Assembly: GCA_964556675.1 (NCBI GenBank)
Contig: CAZKYN010000001.1
Location: 1-38,350 of the forward strand
Source: an uncultured Syntrophaceae bacterium
GTDB lineage: Bacteria > Desulfobacterota > Syntrophia > Syntrophales > UBA4778
Reading direction: 5' to 3'
Length of the DNA: 38,350 bases
A program made the position numbers and the translations under genes. Position 1 is the first letter of the stretch; each line of letters starts with the position of its first letter. The notes under the pieces were generated by a model. That model ran no database searches. It was not told the DNA's origin and saw only the letters and a program-made list of their open reading frames with translations. This document shows positions 8,661 through 19,000 of the stretch, piece after piece.

Positions 8661-9797
8661 CTATATCCCCAGGATGCTGCAGACAACCGTTATAATCGCC
8701 GTGGCCACTACAATGGCCACGATGCCCGTCACAACCGCCGAGCGTGTCGCGTCGCCGACGGCCGAAGCGCTCCGCCCGCATTGAATCCCCCGCAGGCAGC
8801 CGGTCAGGGATACGAGTATCCCGAAGACGAATCCCGAGAAGAGTCCGATCCACAGGTTTACGAGGGGAACGGCTCTTTTCAACTCGATGAAGAATTCCGT
8901 CGGGCTCAAATCGAGGCCGATTACGCCGACAAACATTCCGCCAAGGATGCCCAGGAGGTCGGCATAAATTGTCAACAGCGGAAGCATGATCGAAAGGGCG
9001 AGGACCCTCGGGAGCACCAGAAAATCTATAGGCGGGATCCCCGCGGTCTTCAGGGCGTCTATTTCCTCGTTCACCTGCATGGTGCCGATCTGCGCCGCAA
9101 AGGAAGCGCCGGTGCGGCCTGCCATTATTATGCCCGCCATGATGCCGCCCATGGCCCTGACCATGGCTATGCCGACGAGGTCGGCGACATAAATCTGAGC
9201 CCCGAACAGTTTGAGCTGAATGGCCCCGACAAAGGCTAGAATAAGGCCGACGAGAAAGCTGATCAGGGAAACGATTGGGAGGGCCTGGCTCCCCGACTCC
9301 TGCATGATGAGCCACAGGTCGGCCACGCGGAAGCGGGCGCGGCCCGCCAGCATCCGGACAAAACCGGCTGACACCTCTCCTACGAATTCCACGGAATTGA
9401 GAAATCCGCCCCAGGCAGAAAGTGCTCTATCGCCCAGCAAGACAAGAAAAGGCGGCCGTGCAGCCGGTGCGCGCGCGCCTCTTTCGGGCACTGCCGTTGC
9501 CAGATTGAAGAGGCGCTGCACGCCGTCCGGCAGGCCGCCCTTTTCGAGCTCTATGTGCTTTGACCGGCAGAATCCGGCCAATTCCACGAGAGAGGTAAGT
9601 ATCGTGCTGTCCCAGCGGCCCAGTTCGCGGGCATCAAGTTCCACCCGGCCCGGGCGGGGTTCCTTATCTATCTCTTTTTCCAGGTCTGTTGCCGGGGGGG
9701 GCCGGCTCTCGAGTGTCCAGTCCCCCGAGATATTCAATATGAGAGTATCGCCCGAACGAGCGGCGCTCATGCGGGCTGCGGAAATTGATTCCGTCAT
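8661..9797 (-). CDS. MlaE-family ABC permease with fused N-terminal STAS (MlaB-like) domain
   Basis: 378-aa ORF. Residues of about 10-110 look like a STAS fold (TLILNISGDWTL...LDARELGRWDSTILTSLVEL). The C-terminal about 260 aa are a multi-TM MlaE-like permease. Confidence 0.85.
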   Translation of the reverse strand: MTESISAARMSAARSGDTLILNISGDWTLESRPPPATDLEKEIDKEPRPGRVELDARELGRWDSTILTSLVELAGFCRSKHIELEKGGLPDGVQRLFNLATAVPERGARAPAARPPFLVLLGDRALSAWGGFLNSVEFVGEVSAGFVRMLAGRARFRVADLWLIMQESGSQALPIVSLISFLVGLILAFVGAIQLKLFGAQIYVADLVGIAMVRAMGGIMAGIIMAGRTGASFAAQIGTMQVNEEIDALKTAGIPPIDFLVLPRVLALSIMLPLLTIYADLLGILGGMFVGVIGLDLSPTEFFIELKRAVPLVNLWIGLFSGFVFGILVSLTGCLRGIQCGRSASAVGDATRSAVVTGIVAIVVATAIITVVCSILGI

Positions 9798-9823
9798 ATG
9801 GCCCCTGGCTGCAGTTCTTTATT

Positions 9824-10615
9824 TTACCCGGTGGCGCTGTGCGCATCATCCATGAATTTTCTTAAGCGTTCCGCCCAGAACTTAAAGGCGTCTTCAGCGG
9901 ATCCGTATTTGCTGAATCTCTCCGTGAAGCCGGCATGCTGGTGATCTTCAGCCGCCGCGATTACCTGATTGGTCATGCTGTCCACGGCCATTAAAGCCAT
10001 GCCCGTTTCGCCGGAGCCGGTCCAGGAACCCACAGTCCCTCGCTTAAGAATGCTAATGCCCAATCCTATGGGCACGACAGACGTAACACCGCTCAGGACG
10101 GGGCGGCTCTGCTCGAGATTGGTTATCGCGGGACGGAGAATTACCACATCGGGCCCGGGCTGCGTCACTATGGGGTATTTATCCTTGAGGGTGTTGGCCA
10201 CGGTAAGATTGAACTTGTCCGACAGGTCTTTCATGACCTGGGGGTCTATCCCCTTATAAGCCGAATCCCCGGCCAGGTAAAACACAACGCTCTCCAGCAT
10301 GACCTTATTGTATTTCCCGAAGTTGGTGTCCGGCTTCAACCAGCGCTTCTCGGCCCCTCCTTTGGGGCCGGGCTGCAGCACGTCATAGTACTGGCCCAGG
10401 AAATTTTTGGCTCCGCCCTCCTGCTTTATCGGCGCGTAGCCCTGGTCCTGGCCGGGCTGTTGCTGGGCGGCCCCGGACTGGACGGCCGGGGCCTGAACGC
10501 CGGGAGACGGGCCGCCGGGGGAGGGCGCCGCTGTCTGCTGCTGTTTGCCCGTTGCGCAGGCGGCAACCGTAAAAGCAAGAATCAATACAATAAACGATCT
10601 AATTGATTTCTTCAT
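9824..10615 (-). CDS. lipoprotein, DUF3313-like
   Basis: 263-aa ORF with an AAGGAGG Shine-Dalgarno and a lipobox VAAC. A P/Q/G-rich linker is followed by a globular domain (KYNKVMLESVVFY...). The family name is from memory. This is the first gene of the mla-type operon. Confidence 0.6.
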   Translation of the reverse strand: MKKSIRSFIVLILAFTVAACATGKQQQTAAPSPGGPSPGVQAPAVQSGAAQQQPGQDQGYAPIKQEGGAKNFLGQYYDVLQPGPKGGAEKRWLKPDTNFGKYNKVMLESVVFYLAGDSAYKGIDPQVMKDLSDKFNLTVANTLKDKYPIVTQPGPDVVILRPAITNLEQSRPVLSGVTSVVPIGLGISILKRGTVGSWTGSGETGMALMAVDSMTNQVIAAAEDHQHAGFTERFSKYGSAEDAFKFWAERLRKFMDDAHSATG

Positions 10616-10988
10616 AATTCCTCCTTGGAATATTTTTGCCCTGAACGATGACCTTATCTTTTGACCTTACAGGTGATCAGGGTTATGTCCTCTCAGCTTA
10701 TTGCAAAAATCCCGGGTTGACTTTAAAGGCAATTCTTATTTTCCCCGGCTGATTTCCTGAATTTTTGTCCCCCCTATTTCTGAGATAATTTCGGGGATGC
10801 CCGCCCGCCTTCAACCGGGGCGGCGAAAATGCCACAGACATATTCCCCGGTGATATCTATTCGTGATTTGTTATTTCAAAAAACATTCCAGAGCCCGGAG
10901 GCGCTGCCCGTCACAATACAAACAGCCGGATTCAAAGGGGTATTTTATTCGAAAGTTGATCGTGCGGAATCACGGGAGGGTGAAGCGC

Positions 10989-11004
10989 CCGCAATATATT
11001 GCGG
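10989..11004. promoter_or_regulatory. 16-bp perfect palindrome CCGCAATATATTGCGG in the 700-bp divergent intergenic region
   Basis: Read directly from the sequence. It lies between the divergently oriented mla-type operon and the sigma-54 activator gene and is a candidate operator or UAS. Confidence 0.3.
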
Positions 11005-11312
11005 ATCGGCTGAAATCTTTGAGGGCAAATCCTGCGGGCATTCAACTGTTTTGATATTCGCCAGGCATTTCTCTCGAGCTTTCAGGCTTAAAGATTTTTC
11101 CGTATTGCATCACGACGGCCATGCAGTTCCGGATGACGGGCCTTAAGAATATCCAACTTTGAAAATACGGTTCAGGCCAGTGGATGAAAATCCCCTTTTT
11201 CGCTTATATTTGGATTGCCTTAACCCTTGCAGCTCATCATGATTGCCCCCCTCTCGATAATGTATCGGCGGAAGGTTTTCGCGTGCAGGCATAAACTCCA
11301 GGCGGCCTGGGA

Positions 11313-12830
11313 ATGCAAGAGCATAAAACTGAAGTCCGCAATATTGAGGCATTATACGTAGATGAGCAGGCTTCTATGGGCTTGTCCCCCGATAACATCC
11401 AGCGGAATTATGTAGAGCTTGAGCTGAAAAGATCTCAAACCGCGCTGGAAACCCTTATCAACAGCACGCCCGACATGATCTGGTCGGTGGACGTGAAGAG
11501 CTTCGGCCTTCTCACGTTCAACAAGGCGCTTTATGAATACTTCCGTAAAGAGGTCGGCCTGGAGATTAAGGCGGGAATGGCGCCGGCAGACCTCTTCGAT
11601 TCCGAAGAGCGCATCCGGATCTGGGACTCCTTTTATAAGAGGCTGCTGGAAGGGGGACCGTTCACGACGGAGTACGAGACGTACAGGGGCAAAAGGATAC
11701 TGCTGCTGAATTTCAATGCCCTCATGTGCGACGGCGCCCTGTTCGGCATATCAGTTTTCGCGCGGGACATCACCGATCTGAAGAGAATGGAAAACCATCT
11801 CCAGGAACTGATCGCCGAAATAGAAATACTCAAGTGCCGGACTGAGGACGAGAATATTTACCTCCGCGAGGAGATCAAGACGGGACTGGGCTTCGGCAAG
11901 ATAATCGGCTCAAGCGACTCTCTTAATTATGTCCTGTTCAGGGCCCGGCAGGTTGCGCCTACCGATGCCACGGTGCTTATCCTGGGGGAAACGGGCGTGG
12001 GCAAGGGGATGGTCGCCCATGCCATCCACGAAATCAGCCGCCGCAAGGACAAGGCGCTGATAACCGTCAACTGCGCGGCCTTGCCGGCAAATCTCGTCGA
12101 AAGCGAGCTTTTCGGACGGGAGAAAGGCGCCTTTACAGGGGCGCACGCCAGGCAGGCCGGGCGCTTTGAAGTGGCGGACGGGGGGACAATATTCCTTGAC
12201 GAAATCGGCGAGCTTCCCCTTGAACTCCAGTCAAAGCTTCTGAGAGTCCTGCAGGACGGCGAGTTCGAACGGCTTGGCAGTCCGAAAACGGTCAAGGTGG
12301 ACGTGAGAGTAATAGTTTCTACAAGCCGCAATCTTAAAGATGAAGCGCGCAACGGCTGGTTCCGGGAGGACCTTTATTACCGGCTCAACACCTTTCCGGT
12401 CACGATTCCGCCCCTGAGAAACCGGCTTGATGACATCCCGGAACTGACAATGCATTTCATGCACAAGTAGGCGCGGAAGTTCGGCAGGCACTATGAAACA
12501 ATTGCCCGCGATGTGATGAAGAGGCTGCAGGCTTATGATTGGCCCGGAAACATCAGGGAATTGGAGCACGTCGTGGAAAGGGCCGTGATCACGAGCCCGG
12601 GACCGATATTCCGGATATTCGATCAGCTTGAGCACGAGACCGTCCTCGCCTGCAGCAAATCGATCAAGGGATTTGAAGCAATGGCTCGGGAACACATCCT
12701 GCAAGTTCTCCAGAAAACGCTGTGGAGAATAGAAGGTGAAAACGGGGCCGCGGCTGTTCTCGGCATGAATCCCAGCACTCTGCGCTTCCGGATCAAAAAG
12801 CTGGGGATATCACGCCCTGCAAAACTCTGA
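11313..12830 (+). pseudogene. PAS domain / sigma-54-dependent Fis-family transcriptional activator interrupted by one in-frame TAG (12468-12470)
   Basis: Track ORFs 11313..12470 and 12513..12830 are in the same frame, and the 14 codons between them are open. The joined sequence reads ...[52 protein letters not shown].... Walker A GETGVGKG, the GAFTGA motif (EKGAFTGA) and a C-terminal Fis-type HTH are all present. Confidence 0.8.
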
Positions 12831-12844
12831 ATACCCGCAAAAAT

Positions 12845-12886
12845 ATGCCCTCAATAATTTAAAAATCCGCAACATATTGAGGGCAT
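12845..12886 (+). terminator. candidate hairpin terminator after the activator gene
   Basis: ATGCCCTCAATA (12845-12856) and TATTGAGGGCAT (12875-12886) form a perfect 12-bp stem with an 18-nt loop, followed by TTTCTTTG. Confidence 0.45.
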
Positions 12887-12981
12887 TTCTTTGTCCGCCT
12901 TTCTTAATTCGCTGCTGTTTCCAAAAAATAAAATCAGGAAATACCGGAGCTTTCCTCAAAAAAAACCGCTCGAAACATAAC

Positions 12982-12996
12982 TGGAACAAATTTTGA
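12982..12996 (+). promoter_or_regulatory. weak sigma-54-type promoter candidate (TGGAAC-N5-TTGA)
   Basis: The GG and the -12 element have the correct spacing, about 50 nt upstream of the ABM-fold gene, but the -12 reads GA instead of the conserved GC. Confidence 0.2.
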
Positions 12997-13043
12997 AATG
13001 TATAACTCCGAGGTGCTGCAGGCGTCTGCCGCCAAGGAGAGCT

Positions 13044-13355
13044 ATGAACCTTGTTGTGGAAATCAGGGCCAAACCGGAAAGGTTCCAGGAACTTTACCAG
13101 ACCCTGCGCGCGCTCCTGTCCGCGATGCGCAAGGAAGACGGGTGCAGCGCGTCGAGCATATACCGGGACATGGAGGACGGGGAAGTATTCTTCCTGGCGA
13201 TGGACTGGGACGATACGGCGAAGTTTGAAAAATTCATGCGGTCCGTGAGCGGCAGCGCTCTCCTCGGCGCGTTTAATATATTGAGCAAAACGGTAAGAGT
13301 CAGGGTGGGGGAAAATCCGGAATGGCGCGGGATTGAGGTCCTGAAGCGCACTTGA
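13044..13355 (+). CDS. ABM-fold (antibiotic biosynthesis monooxygenase-like) small protein
   Basis: I prefer the ATG at 13044, preceded by AAGGAGAG, over the track start at 12993. The product is about 103 aa (MNLVVEIRAKPERFQELYQTL...YRDMEDGEVFFLAMDWDDTAKFEKF), typical of the ferredoxin-like ABM domain. Confidence 0.65.
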   Translation: MNLVVEIRAKPERFQELYQTLRALLSAMRKEDGCSASSIYRDMEDGEVFFLAMDWDDTAKFEKFMRSVSGSALLGAFNILSKTVRVRVGENPEWRGIEVLKRT

Positions 13356-13472
13356 AAATCTGAAAAGGAGATGCAATCCGGATCTTTCCGTACCCAATGC
13401 TGCCGGAAATATTCGTGTTGACTGTCCCGTGCCCGGTGGTCGCGGCCATGACGGCATGAAGAAAAGGACTGC

Positions 13473-14552
13473 ATGAATCAGAAACGGACAACCCAGGACT
13501 TAACCCGCGTGACCCTGCAGGTGCTGTGGATAGGGGCCCTGATGGCAGCGACATACTGGATTGTGCGGCCGTTTCTCCCCTCGCTCATCTGGTCCGCCAT
13601 GATCGTCGCGGCAACCTGGCAATTGATGCTGACAGTGCAGAAATGGCTTTGGGGCAAACGGGCACTGGCCGTTTCCGTTATGACGATCTTCATGCTCGTC
13701 GTGTTCATCGTGCCTTTTTCACTGGCTATATTAGCTATATTCGACAACGCGGACAGGGTGAATTCACTGCTGAAAACCTTTGCGGAAATGGAGGTCCCGC
13801 CGCCGCCCGCCTGGCTGGCCGGACTGCCCCTGGTCGGCCCGAAGCTGGCGCACTCATGGGAAAGCGCGGCGGCCGAATCGGGCCTGTTGTCACAGCGCCT
13901 GGCTCCTTACGGCACACAGATCTTTCGCTGGTTCCTGTCGCAGATCGGCGGTTTCGGCGTGATCGCGCTGCAGTTCATCGTGACCGTGATTATCGCGGCC
14001 GTCTTCTACGCCAAAGGCGAGATCTGCGCGAGGGGTGTGGTCCGCCTGGGGCGCAGGCTGGGCGGGGACCGGGGTGAAGAAGTCGCCGTCCTTGCCGCCC
14101 GGACCGTGAAGGGCGTGGCGCTTGGCGTGGTCGGCACAGCCTTGCTCCAGTCGGTCCTCGGGGGCATCGGCCTGGCCGTCGCTGGCGTGCCCGCCGCGAC
14201 TTTGCTGACCGCAGTGATTTTCATGCTTTGCATTGCCCAGGTCCAGCCCTGGCTGGTTATGCTTCCCGCCGTGGTCTGGCTTTATTCAAACGACCAGGCG
14301 ACCTGGGCGACTATATTGCTGGTATGGACCGTGTTCGTCAGCACCTTCGACAATTTCCTGCGCCCCATCCTGATCAAAAAGGGCGCCGATCTCCCCCTGT
14401 TCCTGATCTTCGCCGGGGTAATCGGGGGCCTCATCGCCTTCGGCATAGTGGGCCTTTTTGTCGGGCCGGTCGTGCTTGCAGTTACATACAGGCTGTTGTC
14501 GCTGTGGGTGGAGGGCTCGGATGCGATACCGGATCAAGGACAGCCGCTATGA
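13473..14552 (+). CDS. AI-2E family transporter (UPF0118/PerM-like)
   Basis: 359-aa polytopic membrane protein. The C-terminal FDNFLRPILIKKGADLPLFLIFAGVIGGL matches the conserved AI-2E signature region. Confidence 0.8.
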   Translation: MNQKRTTQDLTRVTLQVLWIGALMAATYWIVRPFLPSLIWSAMIVAATWQLMLTVQKWLWGKRALAVSVMTIFMLVVFIVPFSLAILAIFDNADRVNSLLKTFAEMEVPPPPAWLAGLPLVGPKLAHSWESAAAESGLLSQRLAPYGTQIFRWFLSQIGGFGVIALQFIVTVIIAAVFYAKGEICARGVVRLGRRLGGDRGEEVAVLAARTVKGVALGVVGTALLQSVLGGIGLAVAGVPAATLLTAVIFMLCIAQVQPWLVMLPAVVWLYSNDQATWATILLVWTVFVSTFDNFLRPILIKKGADLPLFLIFAGVIGGLIAFGIVGLFVGPVVLAVTYRLLSLWVEGSDAIPDQGQPL

Positions 14553-14683
14553 CAGCTTGATTGAGCCCTCAATATTCAGCGCCTCCGAAATATTTTACGG
14601 GCGGCTCCACCCGGAAAGCTCACGGCAACTGGAAATACACGCGCTGAATCTTACGGTTGCAATCTGCCAGGGGCGGTCTGCAG

Positions 14684-14698
14684 TGGCATGCTATTTGA
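14684..14698 (+). promoter_or_regulatory. weak sigma-54-type promoter candidate (TGGCAT-N5-TTGA)
   Basis: TGGCATGCTATTTGA lies about 85 nt upstream of the RND adaptor start. All consensus positions match except C6 and the -12 C. It is followed by the palindrome CTGATTGAATCAG (14700-14712). Confidence 0.25.
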
Positions 14699-14780
14699 TC
14701 TGATTGAATCAGCGCAGTTGAGAGATGATCATATTTGTATGCAAAGCGCCTGAATGGCTTCTCAGGAAAAGGAGGGCATC

Positions 14781-16034
14781 ATGGAACGTACTCCAGGCCT
14801 TTTAATGCTTTTATTGCGACGGGCTTGGCTTGGCCTGGCGATCATCGTCCTGCTGGCAGGTTTGTCCGGCTGTTCCAAAGCCAAGCAGGAAGCGCCTCCG
14901 CCGCCCGTCGTCGAGGTAGTCGCCGTCGTCCAAAAAGATGTTCCCATCTATAATGAATGGATCGGGACGACAGACGGCCTTGTGAATGCCACGATCAGGG
15001 CCCAGGTCCAGGGCTATCTAATCAGCCAGAAATACAAGGAGGGCGATAATGTAAAAAAAGGCCAGGTGCTCTTCGAAATAGACCCGCGCACCTTTGAGGC
15101 AGCGCTCGAGCAGGCCAGGGGCCAACTCGCACAGCAGCAGGCGCGCTGGATCACGGCGAAAGCCAACCTGGCGAGGATAAAGCCCCTTGCGGATGAGAAC
15201 GCGGTCAGCAAGAAGGACCTCGACGACGCTACCGGCCAGGAACTTGCAGCGCACGCGTCGGTCATAGCGGCGCAGGCGGCCGTGGACAAGGCCAGACTGG
15301 ACGTCGGTTTCACCAGGATCAGGTCGCCTATCGACGGGGTTGCCGGGATAGCAAAGGCCCAAATCGGAAACCTTGTCGGGCCGGGCACGACCGAAGAACT
15401 GACGACCGTATCAACAATCAGCCCGATCAAGGTTTACGTCGGCCTCAGCGAGCAGCAGTTCCTTCAGATCATTGAGAAGTCAAAAGGGGACAAAGACCGG
15501 GCCCCGAAAAAAATCCAAATGTACCTGGCCGACGGGAGCCTTTATCCGCATACAGGCCGGTTCTACTTTGCCGACCGCCAGGTGGACCCCAAAACGGGCA
15601 CGATCAAGATCGCGTCAATTTTTGAGAACCCGAGAAATATCCTGCGCCCGGGATTGTTCGCCAGGGTCCGCGTGGAAATGGCCGTAAGGCAAGGGGCCGT
15701 CCTCGTTCCGCAGCGTTCCGTATCCGAGCTCCAGGGGACCTATCGGGTGGCAGTGGTGGGCCCCGACAACAAGGTTGAAATCCGGCCCGTCAAGGTGTCC
15801 GATACCGTGGAAAAATTCCGGGTAGTGGACGAAGGGCTCAAGCCCGGCGAACAGGTCGTCCTGGAAGGGGTCCAGAAAGTCCGGCCGGGAATTATCGTAA
15901 ACCCAAAACCGTATGAGGAGAAGCCGGCGCCGGCCGCCGCAGAGCCCAAGGCAAAGCCGGCTCCAGGGCAATCCCAGTCAAAGCCGGCCTTCGGCGCCGG
16001 CCCTGAGACTGAAGAGAAGAAGACAGAAAAATGA
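14781..16034 (+). CDS. efflux RND transporter periplasmic adaptor subunit
   Basis: I prefer the ATG at 14781, after GGAGGG, over the track start at 14754. The product has a signal anchor with an LSGC lipobox and HlyD/AcrA-like lipoyl and coiled-coil regions. Its stop overlaps the permease start. Confidence 0.9.
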   Translation: MERTPGLLMLLLRRAWLGLAIIVLLAGLSGCSKAKQEAPPPPVVEVVAVVQKDVPIYNEWIGTTDGLVNATIRAQVQGYLISQKYKEGDNVKKGQVLFEIDPRTFEAALEQARGQLAQQQARWITAKANLARIKPLADENAVSKKDLDDATGQELAAHASVIAAQAAVDKARLDVGFTRIRSPIDGVAGIAKAQIGNLVGPGTTEELTTVSTISPIKVYVGLSEQQFLQIIEKSKGDKDRAPKKIQMYLADGSLYPHTGRFYFADRQVDPKTGTIKIASIFENPRNILRPGLFARVRVEMAVRQGAVLVPQRSVSELQGTYRVAVVGPDNKVEIRPVKVSDTVEKFRVVDEGLKPGEQVVLEGVQKVRPGIIVNPKPYEEKPAPAAAEPKAKPAPGQSQSKPAFGAGPETEEKKTEK

Positions 16035-19000
16035 GTGAATTTTTCATAAACCGTCCCATTGTCGCCATGGTCATTTCCATCCTCATGGTCATAGTTGGTG
16101 TCGTGGCCATGCTGGGCCTGCCGATCGCCCAGTTCCCCAATATCGTCCCGCCGGAAATCCAGGTAAAGACAACCTATACGGGCGCTGATGCGTTAACAGT
16201 CGAGCAGTCCGTTGCCACGCCGATCGAACAGAAAATGTCCGGCGTGGACAACATGAATTACATGTACTCCATAAATGCCAACAACGGCCAGATTACCCTT
16301 TACGTTAACTTCGATGTCAAGACGGACCCGAACACGGACCAGATCCTCTCGCAGATGCGCGTCACCCAGGCGGACTCCCAGTTGCCTTCGGACGTCCGCA
16401 GCTTCGGCGTGACCACGCAAAAATCAACGTCCGCGCCGCTCATCATTTTCTGCCTTTACTCGCCAAAGGGGACCTATGACGGAATTTTCCTGGCCAACTA
16501 CTCGAACATCAACATCAATGACCAGATGACCCGCGTGCCGGGCATCGCCAGTGTCACCGTGTTCGGTGCGGGCGAGTACGCCATGAGGCTGTGGGTCAGG
16601 CCGGACCGTCTCGCCAACCTGGGCATTACCGTGCCGGAGATAGTCAACGCCATCCAGGCCCAGAACACAGTCAATCCGGCCGGCCAGATCGGCGCCGAAC
16701 CCGTACCTCCGGGGCAGGATTTTACGACGGCGGTCCGTTCCGAGGGGCGGCTCGAGAATGAGGACCAGTTCGGCAATATCATTATCAGGGCAAAGCCCGA
16801 CGGTTCTTTTGTCAGGATAAAGGACGTCGGGAGGATAGAACTGGGCTCCCAGACATACAACCTCGCAGGCCGCCTCAACGGCAAGCCGGCTGCGGTCATC
16901 GCCCTTTACCAACTGCCCGGCTCGAACGCGATCGATGCCGCGAAGGGGGCCAGGAAAGTCATGGAGACCCTCAAAGAGAGCTTCCCCGACGACGTGGAAT
17001 ATGTAGTTGCCCTTGACACTACCCTGGCAGTTACAGAGGGTATAAAAGAAATCGTCAAGACGCTTTACGAAGCCCTCATCCTGGTCATTATTGTGGTGTT
17101 CATATTCCTCCAGGGCTGGCGGGCGACCCTGATCCCGCTGCTCGCCGTGCCTGTTTCCCTCGTGGGCACGTTCATGCTCTTTCCTCCTTTCGGGTTTTCC
17201 ATCAACACGCTGTCTCTCTTCGGCCTGGTGCTTGCCATCGGGCTGGTCGTCGACGACGCCATCGTCGTCGTCGAAGCGGTGGAGCACCATATCGAGCATG
17301 GTCTATCTCCCAAAGAGGCCACGCGCAAGGCCATGCAGGAGGTCTCGGGCCCCGTCATAGCGATAGCTCTAATCCTGGCGGCGGTCTTTGTCCCGACCGC
17401 TTTCATCCCCGGCATCACAGGCCGCCTTTACCAGCAGTTTGCTGTTACAATCGCGGTGAGCGTCATCATCTCGGCTTTCAATGCCTTAACGCTCTCCCCT
17501 GCTCTTTCGGCGCTCCTGCTGCGCCCCCGGAAGAAAGCCTGGGGGCCGCTCCAGAAATTTTACGACTGGTTCAACCGGGTATTCGGCCGCGCAACGGACG
17601 GATATGTGAACTGGAGCGCAATCCTCGTCAGGAAAAGTGTGATCAGCATGGTGTTCCTCGTAAGCATGGCGGTCCTGGCCGGCCTGTTCGGGAAAATGCT
17701 GCCGACGGCTTTTCTCCCCGAAGAGGACCAGGGATATGTTTATGCCGGCCTGCAGCTGCCCGACGCCTCGTCCCTGCAGATGACGCAGAAAGTATCCCAG
17801 AAGGCTGAAGACATAATATTGAAAACCCCCGGCGTTAAATACTGCACGTCCGTTATCGGGTACAGCATGCTCAGCCAGGTGCAGAACACGTATAGCACCT
17901 TCTTCTGGATAACTCTCGAAGACTGGGCCGAACGCAAGAAGCCCGAGGAAAAATACGAGACCATCAAGGCGCACCTGACGCGCGAGTTGGGCAATCTCCC
18001 TGATGCAATCGGGTTTTCCTTTTCCCCCCCGGCCATTCCCGGAATCGGGGCCGCCGGAGGTTTCACATTTCTCCTCCAGGACCGGGCGGGCAAGGACGTG
18101 AAATTCCTTGCCGAAAACACGGCCAAGTTCCTGGATGAGGCGCGCAAGAGGCCGGAACTGGCCGGCGTGAACTCAACTTTCCGCCCGACCGTCCCCCAGT
18201 TGTTTATAAAAGTTGACAGGGACAAGGTCTTAAAACAGGGGGTAAGCCTGGCGGACACGTATAAAACGCTCCAGTGTTTCATGGGCGGCATCTTCGTAAA
18301 TTATTTCAACCGCTTCGGGCGGCAGTGGCAGCTTTACGTCCAGGCCGACGGGGAGTACAGGACAAAGGCAAGCTACCTGGGGGAATTTCACGTCAAAAAC
18401 GCCGATGGCAACATGGTCCCCATGGCAGCACTGATTTCCACGAACCCCATTGAGGGGCCGGAGTTCACGATGCGCTACAACCTTTACCGCTCCGCCCAGA
18501 TAAACGGCAGCGCGGCCCCTGGCTACAGCTCGGACCAGGCAATGGAGGTGCTTGAGGACGTGTTTGCCAAAACGATGCCGCGCGAGATGGGTTTCAGCTA
18601 TCTGGGGATGAGCTATCAGGAAAAGAAGGCCAAGGAAGGCGTACCTCCGGCGGTCATTTTCGGGTTCTCGCTGCTGTGCGTCTTCCTGATCCTGGCGGCG
18701 CAGTACGAGAGCTGGTCGCTGCCCTTCAGCGTGCTCCTGGGCACGCCCATAGCCGTGATGGGAGCGCTGGGGGCGTTGTGGGTGTTCCGCTTTGAAAACA
18801 ACATTTACGCCCAGATCGGCCTTGTCATGCTCATCGGCCTCTCCGCGAAGAACGCCATCCTGATTGTCGAGTTCGCCAAGATGGAATACGAAAAGGGCAC
18901 ACCGCTCATGGAGGCGACCCTTGCCGGCGCCAAGCTCCGGCTCAGGCCCATCCTGATGACTTCTCTCGCCTTTATCCTGGGCTGCGTGCCCCTGGCGAAA

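Noticed and set aside
10829-11352. ORFs 10829..11146, 10863..11054 and 11143..11352 in the long intergenic region.
   Set aside because: They have no Shine-Dalgarno sequences, no recognisable motifs and mutually overlapping frames. The region is treated as non-coding and regulatory.
12468-12470. The in-frame TAG as a pyrrolysine codon or evidence of a reassigned genetic code.
   Set aside because: Many other genes in the window end in TAG at the expected position (for example 8661, 32982 and 37959). A Tyr codon is one mutation away, and no pyl genes are visible in the window. A nonsense mutation or a sequencing error is more parsimonious. The site is kept as a finding only for verification.
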